Notes: generated from the letters alone by a model not told the origin. A DNA stretch of 64,000 nucleotides from Candidatus Poribacteria bacterium (GCA_963663765.2 CAXXUA010000005.1:544001-608000), one strand, 5' to 3'. Positions 19,303 through 31,089 are shown, numbered from the stretch's first letter. Numbers and translations: made by a program.

Positions 19303-20274
19303 TTATTCTATTGATACCTTTGTTTTTTCTCTTGCCGATTCATACGTCGCTAACACAACAGCGACTGCGTGTTTACCACCCCTGCCATCAATCATCGGAG
19401 TTTTGTTGTCACGGATACACTCAACAAAATGGGTAAGTTCACCAACGACATGACTCGGACCGGAACGATCAGGGACGATCTCCTGCCAGTCTCTTTCACC
19501 GCGTTTCTTCACGTACGCAACATCCGATCCCATATCAAGACGGAGTGATCCTTCAGTCCCATCAATAATCGTTTCGTTGGTACCACGAGCACCAAGGAAA
19601 CCACCCCACCGCAGAATACCGACCGTACCAGTATCATAACGAATGAGCGAGACGGTATAGTCCTCCCAATCGTCATGACCTGAAAAACTACCTACCTCTG
19701 CAGCCACGGTGAGCGCTGTGCCACCAAACCAGTTGATGAGATCGGACTTATGGATACCGTTTTCTAACAAACCACCGACAGTGCCATACCAACTCTCTGG
19801 TCGGTTACGTGGTGCATTGTAGGGACCCGTATAGTCGGTCTCAATGTAGACAACATCGCCAATGTCACCCGCATCTACCATCTTTTTTCCGAGGGCATGG
19901 ACAGGATAGAATCGTAGCACTTGTCCTACCATTATATGGGTACCTGCCTTGTCTGAGGCTTCAATCATTTCGTCTGCTTCTTTGAGCGTTAAGGACAGTG
20001 GTTTTTCACAGAAGGCATGTATGCCTGCTTCTGCTGCATCAACGACAACTTTTGTATGTGTTACAGGTGGCGTCGCAACAACGACACCATCAACAAGTGG
20101 AAAAAGCTCTTGATAGTCTTCAAACGCAAGGATGTTGTGTTTTTCTGCGACGGCTTTTGCTGCATCAAGCCGCAGATCCGCGACACCTACAAATTCACAG
20201 TTTTCTACGTTGGGGAGTGAGTTACAATGGGAATTTCCCATCCCCCCTACTCCAATAACACCTATTCGAATCAT
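19303..20274 (-). CDS. Gfo/Idh/MocA oxidoreductase
   Basis: GVIGVGGMG and CEKP motifs. Confidence 0.92.
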   Translation of the reverse strand: MIRIGVIGVGGMGNSHCNSLPNVENCEFVGVADLRLDAAKAVAEKHNILAFEDYQELFPLVDGVVVATPPVTHTKVVVDAAEAGIHAFCEKPLSLTLKEADEMIEASDKAGTHIMVGQVLRFYPVHALGKKMVDAGDIGDVVYIETDYTGPYNAPRNRPESWYGTVGGLLENGIHKSDLINWFGGTALTVAAEVGSFSGHDDWEDYTVSLIRYDTGTVGILRWGGFLGARGTNETIIDGTEGSLRLDMGSDVAYVKKRGERDWQEIVPDRSGPSHVVGELTHFVECIRDNKTPMIDGRGGKHAVAVVLATYESAREKTKVSIE

Positions 20275-20375
20275 AAATTTATCCCCCTCTTATAGGTAAA
20301 GTTTTTTCTTTAGAATTTACCTTAAATTGGAGTTGGTGTCAATGGGTTTATTGGATGTGCATAGTAAGATGTATA

Positions 20376-21132
20376 CGAGTTGTGCTAAATAACTTTTAGC
20401 AATCAAATGTTTCACACAATAAATGTTTCTGTAAATGTCCTTCATTAGTTGGGACGCTTTTTAGTCCCGTATGAAGATTAAGTTGTACCAATTCAAATAA
20501 ATCTTGTCTCATTAAGGAATTCTAATGTTTACTGGCAGGGGGTTACTCTCTTCGGTAGGAGCGACTTCCCGGTCGCGACCGGGAAGTCGCTCCTACCAGA
20601 TTTCCGCTGCTAATGAGACATTATCACATGAAAATGGTATTATTAAACGGGTAGTATTAGTTTTCCCAAACTCGGTAGGTGCGGTTTCCTAACCGCACTG
20701 TTGGAACATGATGTGCAAGCGCGCTTACCAAGCACCAAATCAAGAAATCAACGGTATGAATACCTTATGGTATTCCCGGGTATGAATCATGGAGCATGCC
20801 ATACGAGCATGCTTCTTTAGGCATTCCCCGCCTACCAGTGTGGGTTTGATAGAATTACCTCATAAGCGTCAATTTAAGGATTTTGACCTCTTGTGGGAGG
20901 GGTTTTCAACCCCGATTTTACGCGCTTTTCCTCTCAAATCGGGGTTGAAAACCCCTCCCACAAGAGAAACACTAACACTTTTTTCTTAAATTGACGCCTA
21001 TGGGGTTTGATAGAATTACCTCATTTATTTATTAATCTTCATACGGGACTAAAGACATGGACAACATGGTATCACATAAAATTAACGGCATAGCAAAATA
21101 TTATCAAAAATATTGAAAACTGAATACCCCTG
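20376..21132. mobile_element. Nest of MITEs and REPs
   Basis: ATACCA-type element at 20486-20640 (near-identical copy 46547-46702); CATAAGCGTCAATTTAAG element ~20859-21004; 21-bp inverted repeat 20461-20481 / 21032-21052; family B end at 21132. Confidence 0.85.
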
Positions 21133-21207
21133 GCTGTATATTACTTTCACTTGACTATTATAATGTTACATGTTAAAATTCCTGCAAAATCTGCAGGGAG
21201 AAGATAT

Positions 21208-22983
21208 ATGACACTAATAACTTTGTTTGATCAAGCAGTTCAAGAATACGGTGATAAACCCGCATTAGCACATAAACCAAAAGGTGGAACCTATCAAGAT
21301 ATTACCTACACAGAATTTGGCGAATCGGTAGATGCTTTCAGCAAGGGATTGCAAACTTTGGGTGTAGAAAAAGGGGATAGAGTAGCAATCTTATCGGAGA
21401 ATCGACCTGAATGGGCAATATCAGACTTTGGAATTCTCAGAGCATGTGCAGTCAACGTTCCAATGTTTTCTACACTGACTTCAGCACAAGTCGGATTTAT
21501 ACTCAAAGATTCTGGTGCTAAAATTATCTGTGTCTCTACAAATGAGCAGTTGAAGAAAGTAAACTCTATCACCGATGATTTACCTGCATTGGAAAAGATC
21601 GTCATATATAATGAGATGGAAGAAGAAATACCTGAAGGGGTAAGTCAGTTTGTTGATGTATGCAAACTGGGTAAGGATACCGACATCCAATTAGACAGTG
21701 TTGCTGATGATGAAGAAATCGCAACTATAATCTATACCTCTGGTACTACTGGAAATCCTAAAGGAGTTATGCTTACGCATGCCAATTTCATTTCAAACTT
21801 TAATGCTGCAAAAACCCTGATAGATGTTAGCGATTCTGATGTCTTGTTATCATTTTTGCCTTTGTCACATGTGTTTGAACGTCTTGGAGGTCACTATGTA
21901 CCGATATTCTCAGGGGCAAAGGTAGCTTATGCTGAAAGTACATTTACTGTCGCACAGAACATGCAAGAGGTATCACCAACTGTGATGCTCAGTGTACCCC
22001 GTTTATATGAAACAATGCATGATCGAGTTTTGCGTGCTGTACAAGCAGGTTCATCGTTGAAACAGAAGATATTTCATTGGGGAGTATCAGTAGGTTCAAA
22101 AGTAAGTTCTGCAATTCAGCAAGGGAAGAGTCCATCTGCGATATTACAATTGAAGCGGAACATAGCAGACAAATTAGTCTTTGCAAAATTGAAAACTGCA
22201 ACAGGTGGGAATCTGCGATTTTTTATTTCAGGAGGCGCAGCCTTACCACAGTCAATTGCAGAATTCTTTCATGCAGCAGGTATTTTGATATTAGAAGGCT
22301 ATGGTCTAACAGAAACCTCACCGGTCATCAGTCTGAACCATCCAGAAAAATGGAAATTTGGGACAGTAGGAACTCCTATCCTCGATATAGAAGTAAAAAT
22401 TGCTGAAGATGGCGAAATTCTAACTCGCGGTCCACATGTGATGAAAGGTTATTTCAACAACGATTCCGCTACAGCAGAAGTAATTGATGCTGAGGGTTGG
22501 TTTCACACTGGCGATATAGGAATCATTGATGAGGAAGGATTTCTCAAGATAACTGACAGGAAAAAGAATATCATTGTCTTGTCAAATGGTAAGAATGTTG
22601 CTCCTCAACCTATTGAGAGCCAACTGGTGCAAAGTCCGTATGTAAATCAGATCATGCTGTTAGGTAATGAACGCAAAAACATTGCAGCACTCATCGTTCC
22701 AAATTTTGATGCACTTAAATCATGGGCAGCAGATAATGAAGTAGACAGCAGTGACATATCTGATCTATTAAAGAAACGTGAAGTAGAACAACTGATCCAG
22801 AAAGAGATACGTGATCGTCTTTCAGATTTCGCTGATTTTGAACAAGTACGCCGGTTTACGTTGCTTGAAAAGGAATTCTCACAAGAAGAGGATGAGATGA
22901 CTCCTACATTGAAATTGAAACGGAATGTTATCATTCAAAAATATGCTGATGTGATACAGGAAATGTATCCAGAAGAATCGTAG
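21208..22983 (+). CDS. Long-chain fatty acid--CoA ligase
   Basis: IYTSGTTGNPKGV, EGYGLTE, GWFHTGDIG and TPTLKLKR motifs. Confidence 0.95.
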   Translation: MTLITLFDQAVQEYGDKPALAHKPKGGTYQDITYTEFGESVDAFSKGLQTLGVEKGDRVAILSENRPEWAISDFGILRACAVNVPMFSTLTSAQVGFILKDSGAKIICVSTNEQLKKVNSITDDLPALEKIVIYNEMEEEIPEGVSQFVDVCKLGKDTDIQLDSVADDEEIATIIYTSGTTGNPKGVMLTHANFISNFNAAKTLIDVSDSDVLLSFLPLSHVFERLGGHYVPIFSGAKVAYAESTFTVAQNMQEVSPTVMLSVPRLYETMHDRVLRAVQAGSSLKQKIFHWGVSVGSKVSSAIQQGKSPSAILQLKRNIADKLVFAKLKTATGGNLRFFISGGAALPQSIAEFFHAAGILILEGYGLTETSPVISLNHPEKWKFGTVGTPILDIEVKIAEDGEILTRGPHVMKGYFNNDSATAEVIDAEGWFHTGDIGIIDEEGFLKITDRKKNIIVLSNGKNVAPQPIESQLVQSPYVNQIMLLGNERKNIAALIVPNFDALKSWAADNEVDSSDISDLLKKREVEQLIQKEIRDRLSDFADFEQVRRFTLLEKEFSQEEDEMTPTLKLKRNVIIQKYADVIQEMYPEES

Positions 22984-23019
22984 TCTTATGTGCTTCTTTA
23001 AGTAGTGATTGCTTTTATT

Positions 23020-23916
23020 TTATGAAGGGACAAGGACATTAAGACCGTGTTTCACAATCTCAATTGAAGCAGGTGTTTCACACATCGGTTCCCCATCTGC
23101 ATATAGCATAACTGGTGGGTCAGTTTGTATAGTTAGTTTGCGCGTCTGATGTATTTCCACAGCAGGATGTGAGACGTGTCCTCCCCAGAAAAGTGTAACC
23201 ATCAATCTTAGTATTGTAAACGCTGGGAGAGCATGGATTATGCAGACATCAAAAATGCCATCATCCATCTGTGCTGAAGGTACGATCTTAAATCCCCCAC
23301 CGTAACTTTTTGTATTTCCTGTTGCTGCAAGTAAAATCTTATCTTCATAAATGCCAAAGTCACCTTCAATTCGAGCATGCGGACATCTGTAATCTGATAG
23401 TGTCGCGATTGCTGCATAAAGGTAGGAAGCAGTTCCAGAAAATGGTGTCTCCCGTGACGCCCCTCGTTTACTTACCTCTGTATCGTAACCACAGGTCGTG
23501 ATTGTCGCAAAATAATGTTTACTCCCTTTTTCCGAATAAACTACCCCCAAATCAATAGGTTTAATGTTACCAGAGAGTAAGATTTGAATGGCATTGTGCA
23601 TTTTTTTGGGAATACCAATGGCAGTAGCTAAATCATTGCCACGTCCGCATGGAACTATGCCTAAAGTAACATCAGGTATTCCTACAATACCATTAACAAC
23701 TTCGTGAAGTGTACCATCACCACCACAGACTATCACTCGCTTAATTCCATTTGAGACAGCCTGTTTTGCAAAACGTTTTGCATCACCTGTGCCTGTCGTC
23801 AGTCTTAGCTCACCAATTTGTTTTTCGGCTTTTAGTGTGAATTGTACCTGTTCTGCAACATTTTTTGCTTTGCCTTTACCAGAAATCGGGTTTGCTATTA
23901 GGACATAATCTTCCAT
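23020..23916 (-). CDS. Diacylglycerol kinase / YegS family lipid kinase
   Basis: NPISG, GGDGT and GRGND motifs. Confidence 0.92.
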   Translation of the reverse strand: MEDYVLIANPISGKGKAKNVAEQVQFTLKAEKQIGELRLTTGTGDAKRFAKQAVSNGIKRVIVCGGDGTLHEVVNGIVGIPDVTLGIVPCGRGNDLATAIGIPKKMHNAIQILLSGNIKPIDLGVVYSEKGSKHYFATITTCGYDTEVSKRGASRETPFSGTASYLYAAIATLSDYRCPHARIEGDFGIYEDKILLAATGNTKSYGGGFKIVPSAQMDDGIFDVCIIHALPAFTILRLMVTLFWGGHVSHPAVEIHQTRKLTIQTDPPVMLYADGEPMCETPASIEIVKHGLNVLVPS

Positions 23917-23965
23917 ATACTTACCCCTTAGAATACTGCATTGCTTAGATTAGATGACATAACTA

Positions 23966-26900
23966 TTACTTTATTACAGCAATTTTACCAACTTTTCTAT
24001 GAGAACCATATTTCAAAATATAAATATAAGTACCAGATGCAACATCCCCGATATTACCATTTGTTAACCACCATACTTTTTTATTCAGATCTGAATCAGT
24101 AACATTCAATTTTTCAAGTAGTTCACCTTTAGGTGTGAATAGTTGGATTTTTGTGCCATCGGGTACATTGTCAAAGGAAACCGCACCTTTGTCTGATTGG
24201 TTCGGTCGCACAGGGTTCGGGTAGACACGTAACTGCGTAAGGTCTGAGAATTCAGTTTTAGTTATACCTTGTTGAAGTTCAATATTCCTAATTGCTGACC
24301 AAATAGGATTCTCATCAATATCTGTGACATTAGATACTGCAATCTCATAACGATTGTTTGATTCTAATACCATATCTTGTAAATGATCTATGTTATATGA
24401 AAGTAGTGCTCTTGTTCCCATCTTATCTCGTATCGCAGACATCGGTTTTACACCATGCAATTGATCTGTTTTTCTCAATAAATAACTCTGAACATTACCA
24501 ATAGATGAACTCATCTGTCTATCAAAGTTTACAATTATCCAATTTGGTGATAAGAATGAAACCCTAATTATTTTTGGAGTTTCAAGAGGTGTAGCTGAAT
24601 CTGCTTTACTATGTGCTGTCTCCGCTCCAGTTTCTATCATTGCGGTAACTGAATACCAATAGGTAGTTCCAGATTCTGCTTTTCCATCTAAGTATTTCTG
24701 AGATGTGATGTTTTCAGCAATAACTTTAAACATATCGTTAGGTGGTTCAATACCTTTTTCACCAGTAGCACGATATACATTATAGGCATTCAACACTTCA
24801 GATTCCTGGGTGGAATCCCATGTGACTTCAACGACTTTTGCTGTTAATGGTTTAGCATTTACATTCCAAGGTGTAAGTTTTGATATAGAACTTTCATTAA
24901 ATGCAAAGACTGTTTCCAATATGCTCAGACCTTCGTCACCATTGATATAGAGTTCCTGGAATCCATTATCGTTTATATCAGCTGCAAGTAGTGAAGGTGT
25001 ATTTGCAACTTTTCTGTGGTATTCTGGTGCAAACCTTGTTCCATTCCATTTCAGTATATATAGATTTGGATAGGTGAGTAGAACCAGTTCGTTTACTTTA
25101 TCACCATCAACGTCTGCAATTGCAATACTGTTTCCACTCGTTTTATAAGGTGCAATGGATTGTTCCCAGATAGGAAGGTACTGCCCTGAAACATAAGTAT
25201 AGACAACAAACTTCCAGATAGGTGATATTGATGGAATATCTGGTAGGGATACAGTGCCACCAATAACAAACTCAGATCTACCATCACCAGTAAGGTCTCC
25301 TGATGTAATAAACATAAGATCTTCTATTGATGTTTGCGTTTGCCATTGTAGACTATAGTTGTCATTTGAGAAATTTGAATATATGAACAATTCACCTTCA
25401 CTATCGCCGAACACCATATCAGTGTTACCATCTATATTGAAATCACCAAGTGCAAAGTTTCGTGAATATACATTTTTACCTGCTGTTTCATTTGGTAACT
25501 CTGCAATCCTGTCAAATTGGTTGTTGCCTCTATTCTCCAAAATAAGTATTCTGTCGTTATTGTTGTCAATCCCGATTATTTCTTTATTACCATCACCGTC
25601 AAGATCAGCAATTTTTCCACTTGAAATGAACGGAGACTCCCAAACTATCTGCTTAGGATACCCATTTGGAACAATACTTTCTATAAGAAAGGCGCGACTT
25701 TTGTCTCTTGCCAGAATTTCCTGTAAACCGTCATTGTCAACATCTGCTACAGACAATGGTGTGAATGAGTTTAAATCGATCTCTGATTTCAAAGGTTGAG
25801 AAGATGCTGCAACCATTATGTTATTGGACAGTGTGTGTACCATTTGGTATTTTCCAGATGGTGTACGTTCGTATACAACCAAACTATGTTTTGAATCCGA
25901 TAGTCCTGTATTGGAATTTAACAGAGGCGTTCCTATTATTTCAAAAAAACCATCATTATCAAAGTCTGCAGACACATCTGCAATATGGTGTGGGTCTATT
26001 CCAAGACCTATTTCAGTGAAACCATGTGGTGAAATACTTCCGTTTTGCACATCAAATATATAATACATTCCGTTGTTATCATCAATCGTCTGCAAACCAA
26101 TGGTATTCTGAGCGGAGAAGTAGAACTGATATTGACCAATCTCCAAACTGATTGAGAATATATGCTCTTTTCCCAGTGAACTTGACTCAATAGAAGTAAA
26201 AGGTGAATTATGACCAATCTTTCGATAATAAAGATTACTATTAGATACATCGTCCGTGGCGCAGCTGAATATAGAAACCGACTTATCACCATATAGTGTC
26301 TCAATTGCAGAAATGGAAGATATTTGTGTCTGCGTGTTGTCAACTGAAATTACAACCTGATCTTGTGTTTGGCTACCATCTCTACCCATTACTACGAGAC
26401 GTATAGTGTATTCACCTTTAGGTAGAGTAGATGTATTCCAAACGGCTAATTGTTCATCTACTTTATGTGAAGCGTTAAGATCAGTAATCGGAACAAAGTT
26501 AGTTGGAACCTTTGAATTCTCATAAAACAACTGCCAAGATTCAAACTTATATCCCGTAGCGGTTCCGACAATTGTTATTGAGTTTGTACCACCGCTGTTT
26601 GTTTCTGGCGAATGTATTTTTGCTTGTAAGACGCTACTTGTCAACAAAGCTCGGAAAGCATTCACACTACCAGAACCAACAAGATTCGGATCAGGTTCAA
26701 TGCCATCTATTATTGGAATCACGTCAGCTGAATTGATGAGTATATGCCTAATCTCCTCATGAGTGAGTGAAGGACGTTTTGAAAGCATTAAAGCTGCAAC
26801 ACCAGATACATGCGCTGCAGCCATTGAAGTACCAGTTAATGTTCTATAACCGTTGTTTATATGCGTACTGAGTATCGCATTTCCAGGTGCACTGATGTCA

Positions 26901-28006
26901 ACGGAAGCCCCAAAGTTTGATTTATAGAAACGTTCTCTGTTTTGGTTGGAAGAAGCGACTGAGATTACCTTACGGAAACCCGCAGGAAATATACTATCTG
27001 ATTCACCTGAATTGCCTGCAGCACCAACTAACACAACACCATGCTTATGAGCATAATTAATCGCATCTTTAATAACATAAGACTGTTGTTTGCTACCCCA
27101 ACTCATATTGATGATATTTGCACCGTTATCCGCTGCATATACAATCGCAGCCGCGGAATCATCATCTTGCATTCGTGCTCCACCACCTAAAGAAAGCCCT
27201 GCGCGAACTGCCATTAGGCTGCAATTCCAAGCAACACCTGCAATCCCGATCCCATTATCCGGCAAGGCACCAGCAATCCCTGCAACATGTGTGCCATGAC
27301 CAGATTCATCTATGGGTTCATTATCACCTACAGTATAATCTCCTTCAGCTTGTAAACTCGGTGCATCGGTAAAATCCCAACCGTGGACATCATCAATATA
27401 ACCGTTCTCGTCATCGTCTATTCCATTGTCAGGTATTTCATTGGGATTGACCCAAACCTTTGAAACAAGGTCATCGTGTCTGTAATCTATACCAGAATCA
27501 ACGATTGCGATTATGACGTCGCGAGAACCCTTCTCAATTTTCCACCCTTTAGGTAGTTGCATCAACGGCAGACCCCACTGTTCTTTGAATTTTGGGTCGT
27601 TTGGAACAATTCTATCGGCTAATGTAGGACGCAGATAATTGTATACAACTTCCTCAATCAAGTTGCTCTCTTCTAATGCTGTTTTGAGTTTTAAAAGGTT
27701 TGCAGTTAGGGAAAACCGTAATAGAAATGTCCGATGCAATCTGGTTTTGTGCTTCTTTATCGCGTGAGAATCAGATAGTATAGGTCTATATGAATCAATG
27801 TTGTGCTGATCAAATAGGACGGCAATCGGTGATTTGGCTTCTAACGCTTGCAGTTCTGATAACGCATCGGGTGTTATACAGACTAATAACTCACCCGGAG
27901 TGATCTCAGGTGGTGTCGCATGACTATTCATGGGAATTAGCAGTATTAACCAGATACTCAACTTTGACAATTGGAACAGAAATTGGAATGGTGTCAAAGT
28001 ATTCAT
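23966..28006 (-). CDS. Secreted S8 subtilase with FG-GAP-like repeats, FN3-like region and C-terminal sorting-like domain
   Basis: VDSG, HGTHVAG and GTSMA triad; repeated AD.D.DG..E; VYPNP...SGTYIY...KIAVIK tail. Confidence 0.9.
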   Translation of the reverse strand: MNTLTPFQFLFQLSKLSIWLILLIPMNSHATPPEITPGELLVCITPDALSELQALEAKSPIAVLFDQHNIDSYRPILSDSHAIKKHKTRLHRTFLLRFSLTANLLKLKTALEESNLIEEVVYNYLRPTLADRIVPNDPKFKEQWGLPLMQLPKGWKIEKGSRDVIIAIVDSGIDYRHDDLVSKVWVNPNEIPDNGIDDDENGYIDDVHGWDFTDAPSLQAEGDYTVGDNEPIDESGHGTHVAGIAGALPDNGIGIAGVAWNCSLMAVRAGLSLGGGARMQDDDSAAAIVYAADNGANIINMSWGSKQQSYVIKDAINYAHKHGVVLVGAAGNSGESDSIFPAGFRKVISVASSNQNRERFYKSNFGASVDISAPGNAILSTHINNGYRTLTGTSMAAAHVSGVAALMLSKRPSLTHEEIRHILINSADVIPIIDGIEPDPNLVGSGSVNAFRALLTSSVLQAKIHSPETNSGGTNSITIVGTATGYKFESWQLFYENSKVPTNFVPITDLNASHKVDEQLAVWNTSTLPKGEYTIRLVVMGRDGSQTQDQVVISVDNTQTQISSISAIETLYGDKSVSIFSCATDDVSNSNLYYRKIGHNSPFTSIESSSLGKEHIFSISLEIGQYQFYFSAQNTIGLQTIDDNNGMYYIFDVQNGSISPHGFTEIGLGIDPHHIADVSADFDNDGFFEIIGTPLLNSNTGLSDSKHSLVVYERTPSGKYQMVHTLSNNIMVAASSQPLKSEIDLNSFTPLSVADVDNDGLQEILARDKSRAFLIESIVPNGYPKQIVWESPFISSGKIADLDGDGNKEIIGIDNNNDRILILENRGNNQFDRIAELPNETAGKNVYSRNFALGDFNIDGNTDMVFGDSEGELFIYSNFSNDNYSLQWQTQTSIEDLMFITSGDLTGDGRSEFVIGGTVSLPDIPSISPIWKFVVYTYVSGQYLPIWEQSIAPYKTSGNSIAIADVDGDKVNELVLLTYPNLYILKWNGTRFAPEYHRKVANTPSLLAADINDNGFQELYINGDEGLSILETVFAFNESSISKLTPWNVNAKPLTAKVVEVTWDSTQESEVLNAYNVYRATGEKGIEPPNDMFKVIAENITSQKYLDGKAESGTTYWYSVTAMIETGAETAHSKADSATPLETPKIIRVSFLSPNWIIVNFDRQMSSSIGNVQSYLLRKTDQLHGVKPMSAIRDKMGTRALLSYNIDHLQDMVLESNNRYEIAVSNVTDIDENPIWSAIRNIELQQGITKTEFSDLTQLRVYPNPVRPNQSDKGAVSFDNVPDGTKIQLFTPKGELLEKLNVTDSDLNKKVWWLTNGNIGDVASGTYIYILKYGSHRKVGKIAVIK

Positions 28007-28012
28007 ACGATG

Positions 28013-28960
28013 TTATTCCGGTAATTCAAGTTCATCCTCGTCGTTTTCACCTAACAGGACATCGGTTATTTTTCCTGTTTTATCATCAATGACTGCTATG
28101 GCGAGATTGCCCCATCCGTGATTATAAAAACTTACCGTCCAAGCAAATCCTTGAAACCAAGCATATTCACGAACAGTTTGATGATTTTCTACTACAAATT
28201 TAATACGCAAATCTGATTTAGCAATAAGTAGGATTTTATCAGCTTTCTTTGTTGGTATTATCTTTGGCTGGACGATAGGATTTTGTCTCTCTTTACCAAG
28301 TATTACATTTGAAGGTAATGATATCGGATTTCGTTTTGCTATAGTCCGGAGCAAGGTTGCATGTCGGAGATAATCATCCCGATGTTGTTTGTATGTTTTT
28401 AATCCATATTCTATAGGAATATTATCATACTGTGCAGCACACATTTCAGCTGCATCCGCTTCCAACCGAAGGACTCTTGCAAAATCCTTTTTCATTTCAG
28501 CTTGCTCTTGTAGTTCACAAATAAAAGTTGCATAAATCCCAAATTCATAAAATCTGTCAGGATAGTGAGGTAGCCAAACTGCTATGAATTTTGCTATCTT
28601 CTTACGTTCCTGTTTGAGTACTACTTCTGGTGTTTTTGAGTTTTTCCAAGCTGCTTTTGCTTTTTTGATGTGATATTCGCGTTGTTCTTGAATTTCCAGT
28701 GCTTCTACTTCTGCTCGTTCAACCCATTTTTTGTATCCGTGCTTTTTATAGTAATTTAGACTGATTTCGTTCATCGGTACGGAAATTAGATTGAGACATT
28801 CAGCTGCTGTCTCATGCCAAAGAGCAAGCCTACCGTAATCGCCACGTTGTGTGTAAATCCTGATAAAGATATTTGCATTTGCAGTACCTTCAAAGATGGC
28901 ATCACACGGTGTGTTTGAGATCAATAGGCTAAAGAAAATCAGAAAAATATATGCCCGCAT
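28013..28960 (-). CDS. Secreted hypothetical protein
   Basis: 315-aa ORF with signal-peptide-like N-terminus. Confidence 0.7.
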   Translation of the reverse strand: MRAYIFLIFFSLLISNTPCDAIFEGTANANIFIRIYTQRGDYGRLALWHETAAECLNLISVPMNEISLNYYKKHGYKKWVERAEVEALEIQEQREYHIKKAKAAWKNSKTPEVVLKQERKKIAKFIAVWLPHYPDRFYEFGIYATFICELQEQAEMKKDFARVLRLEADAAEMCAAQYDNIPIEYGLKTYKQHRDDYLRHATLLRTIAKRNPISLPSNVILGKERQNPIVQPKIIPTKKADKILLIAKSDLRIKFVVENHQTVREYAWFQGFAWTVSFYNHGWGNLAIAVIDDKTGKITDVLLGENDEDELELPE

Positions 28961-29257
28961 TTTATTATGAAATCATATTTACAAATTAATTTGAAAAAAT
29001 TGTTGCACAATAAATTAAAAAATGGTAGACTACCCTTAAGCCTTAAAGTGTCAGATTTGCACATTTTGCATGTCCGATGCCAGGGCTGGTTTTTTATTAT
29101 AACACAAATGTACATCTGATGCTATATGAAAACCAGCGCGCCCAAATGGAACAGTTGACAGCATCGTTCTTATTTTCTTTCCAGCATTTTCGCCTTTGGA
29201 ACTGTCAAGAAACAATTGTATATGCAGAATAAACAATCCTATAGGAGGATAAATACC

Positions 29258-29899
29258 ATGACTCGCCAACTAAAATGGGGACTCGGTGCCCTCGTCCTAA
29301 TCATATTGGGGTTTGTTGCTTTGCAAATCTATTTGCACATAGACATGAAAAACTTCAGGGAAAGAATTGCCGACAGACCAAAAGCAGAACCCCAAACGCC
29401 AACAACACCAAACGTTGTTTTTAGTGAAGAAAAACCGGTTGATGATCCAAAAGATGATCCGAACCAATCGATAGCACTTCACGAAGTACGGAAGCAGGAG
29501 ACGGTGCAACCAATGGAGATTGGGACCGTGCCAAATCCTGAAGCAATTGTAGAAGAATTCAAAGACACAGATAGACTCAGTCCAGAGGAAGTAAAGACAC
29601 TTTATCACATATTAGATACAGAAGGCTTCAATCCTGATAAACTCTCTCAAAAACAGTTGTTATATCTAAGTAAAGTCGGCTTGCATTGGGATTATCTATC
29701 GTCAGAGCAGCAAAAAGAAGTAGAGCGTGACTTTCATGCCAGATATGGCTTGAATCCGCCGCCCGAGGGATACGAGTATAAATTTCAGGCACCAGGAGAA
29801 ATTACTTTGGATGTGAACGGGGACGCTATCATCTATAAAAAAGGTAACAGATCCATAAAAAAATCATTTGGAGGATATTTATTAAATGCTGCACAATAA
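29258..29899 (+). CDS. Membrane-anchored hypothetical protein
   Basis: AGGAGG RBS before ATG 29258; N-terminal transmembrane helix then Pro/Glu-rich linker. Confidence 0.75.
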   Translation: MTRQLKWGLGALVLIILGFVALQIYLHIDMKNFRERIADRPKAEPQTPTTPNVVFSEEKPVDDPKDDPNQSIALHEVRKQETVQPMEIGTVPNPEAIVEEFKDTDRLSPEEVKTLYHILDTEGFNPDKLSQKQLLYLSKVGLHWDYLSSEQQKEVERDFHARYGLNPPPEGYEYKFQAPGEITLDVNGDAIIYKKGNRSIKKSFGGYLLNAAQ

Positions 29900-31089
29900 A
29901 TCAAAAATCATAACTATAACGATTCTTGACTATAACGATTCTTGTTATGCTCTTTGTAACACCTATTTTCATACAGAAGGCTGTTGCAATATCTATAAAC
30001 CTTGATGTGACTTTTACGGAAACCTCTGAAACATGCAGTTTATCTGGGACTTATACTAAATAAATATACCCAGATGGAACGTATGATTGGGACCCGTATG
30101 AACCAGGGACTGCTGTATTTTCGGTATCAGGTACTGCTGAAGGAAATGGATATTGGTATGTCAATCTTCTCAGCGGGAGAGTGTTCCATGATGGCACCGA
30201 GTTACCCGTATCAATTGATGAGGGTAAAGATGGGAATAAGATTGGAACAGAGGGTAGAATCATACAGCTTCCTCTGATCCCTATTTACAGATCAGGTAAT
30301 AAAAGTTGGATCGTGCATGACACTGTGAGCGGATTGCCACTCAACCCAGGCACATAAACCTGGAATCTTAAAGGCAAATATGAAAAAATAGGGATGTATT
30401 GGAATGGAGTAGACTGGAAAGAGAAAACTGCCACGTTTGATAGTAATACAGGCAGTGGTTCATGGACAATTGTACATAAGAATGTCCAAAATCCGTTGAG
30501 CGTATCGTTTAACAAAACAAACTTCTATTCTGATGAGGAACTTGTCGTTACGATTCAGAGAGAAAACATTCTTTCAGCTTATCTGTGGATAAATTGTGGA
30601 AATATGACAATGGGTTATGCAGGTGATTCGGATAAGATTGTTTTGTCTTCTGGTTTTTCTCACTTGGATTTCTCTGAATCAAAGCATTGGAATGGTCCGG
30701 CTACTATCTATATAAGTTATTATAATTCCAGTGGATACATACATTGGAAAACTTATGATCAAGATATCTCTGTACAAGCAGCACCAACACTAGGTCTGTC
30801 TTATGTTGAAACTTCATCCCGTACACATTCAGTGTCGTTATTTACGAAGAAAAGCGGTTATTCTAAAATTGAGTGGTATTTATACGGACCAAATGATAGC
30901 GGCGACTTTGGTAGACTTTTAGATACGACATCCTCTTCAAGTTCTACGCTTGAGAGAGAGGCAACATTTAGTTTTAGTTTGCCTGATGATGCTGTGGCGG
31001 GATTCTATAAGTTTACTGCAGTTATTACTCCACATGGTTCTTCGTCTGATGCCCCCTATGCTTATTCTTACTTTTTCAGAGTAGATTGA
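29886..31089 (+). pseudogene. Disrupted secreted beta-rich protein (~395 aa)
   Basis: GGAGG RBS; signal peptide broken by a 16-bp tandem duplication (29913-29944); in-frame TAA at 30061 and 30355; frame continues into ORF 30394-31089. Confidence 0.8.

Noticed and set aside
30061-30357. Stop-codon recoding (two in-frame TAA)
   Set aside because: TAA terminates many normal genes in this window and the gene also has a frameshifting duplication, so a pseudogene is simpler
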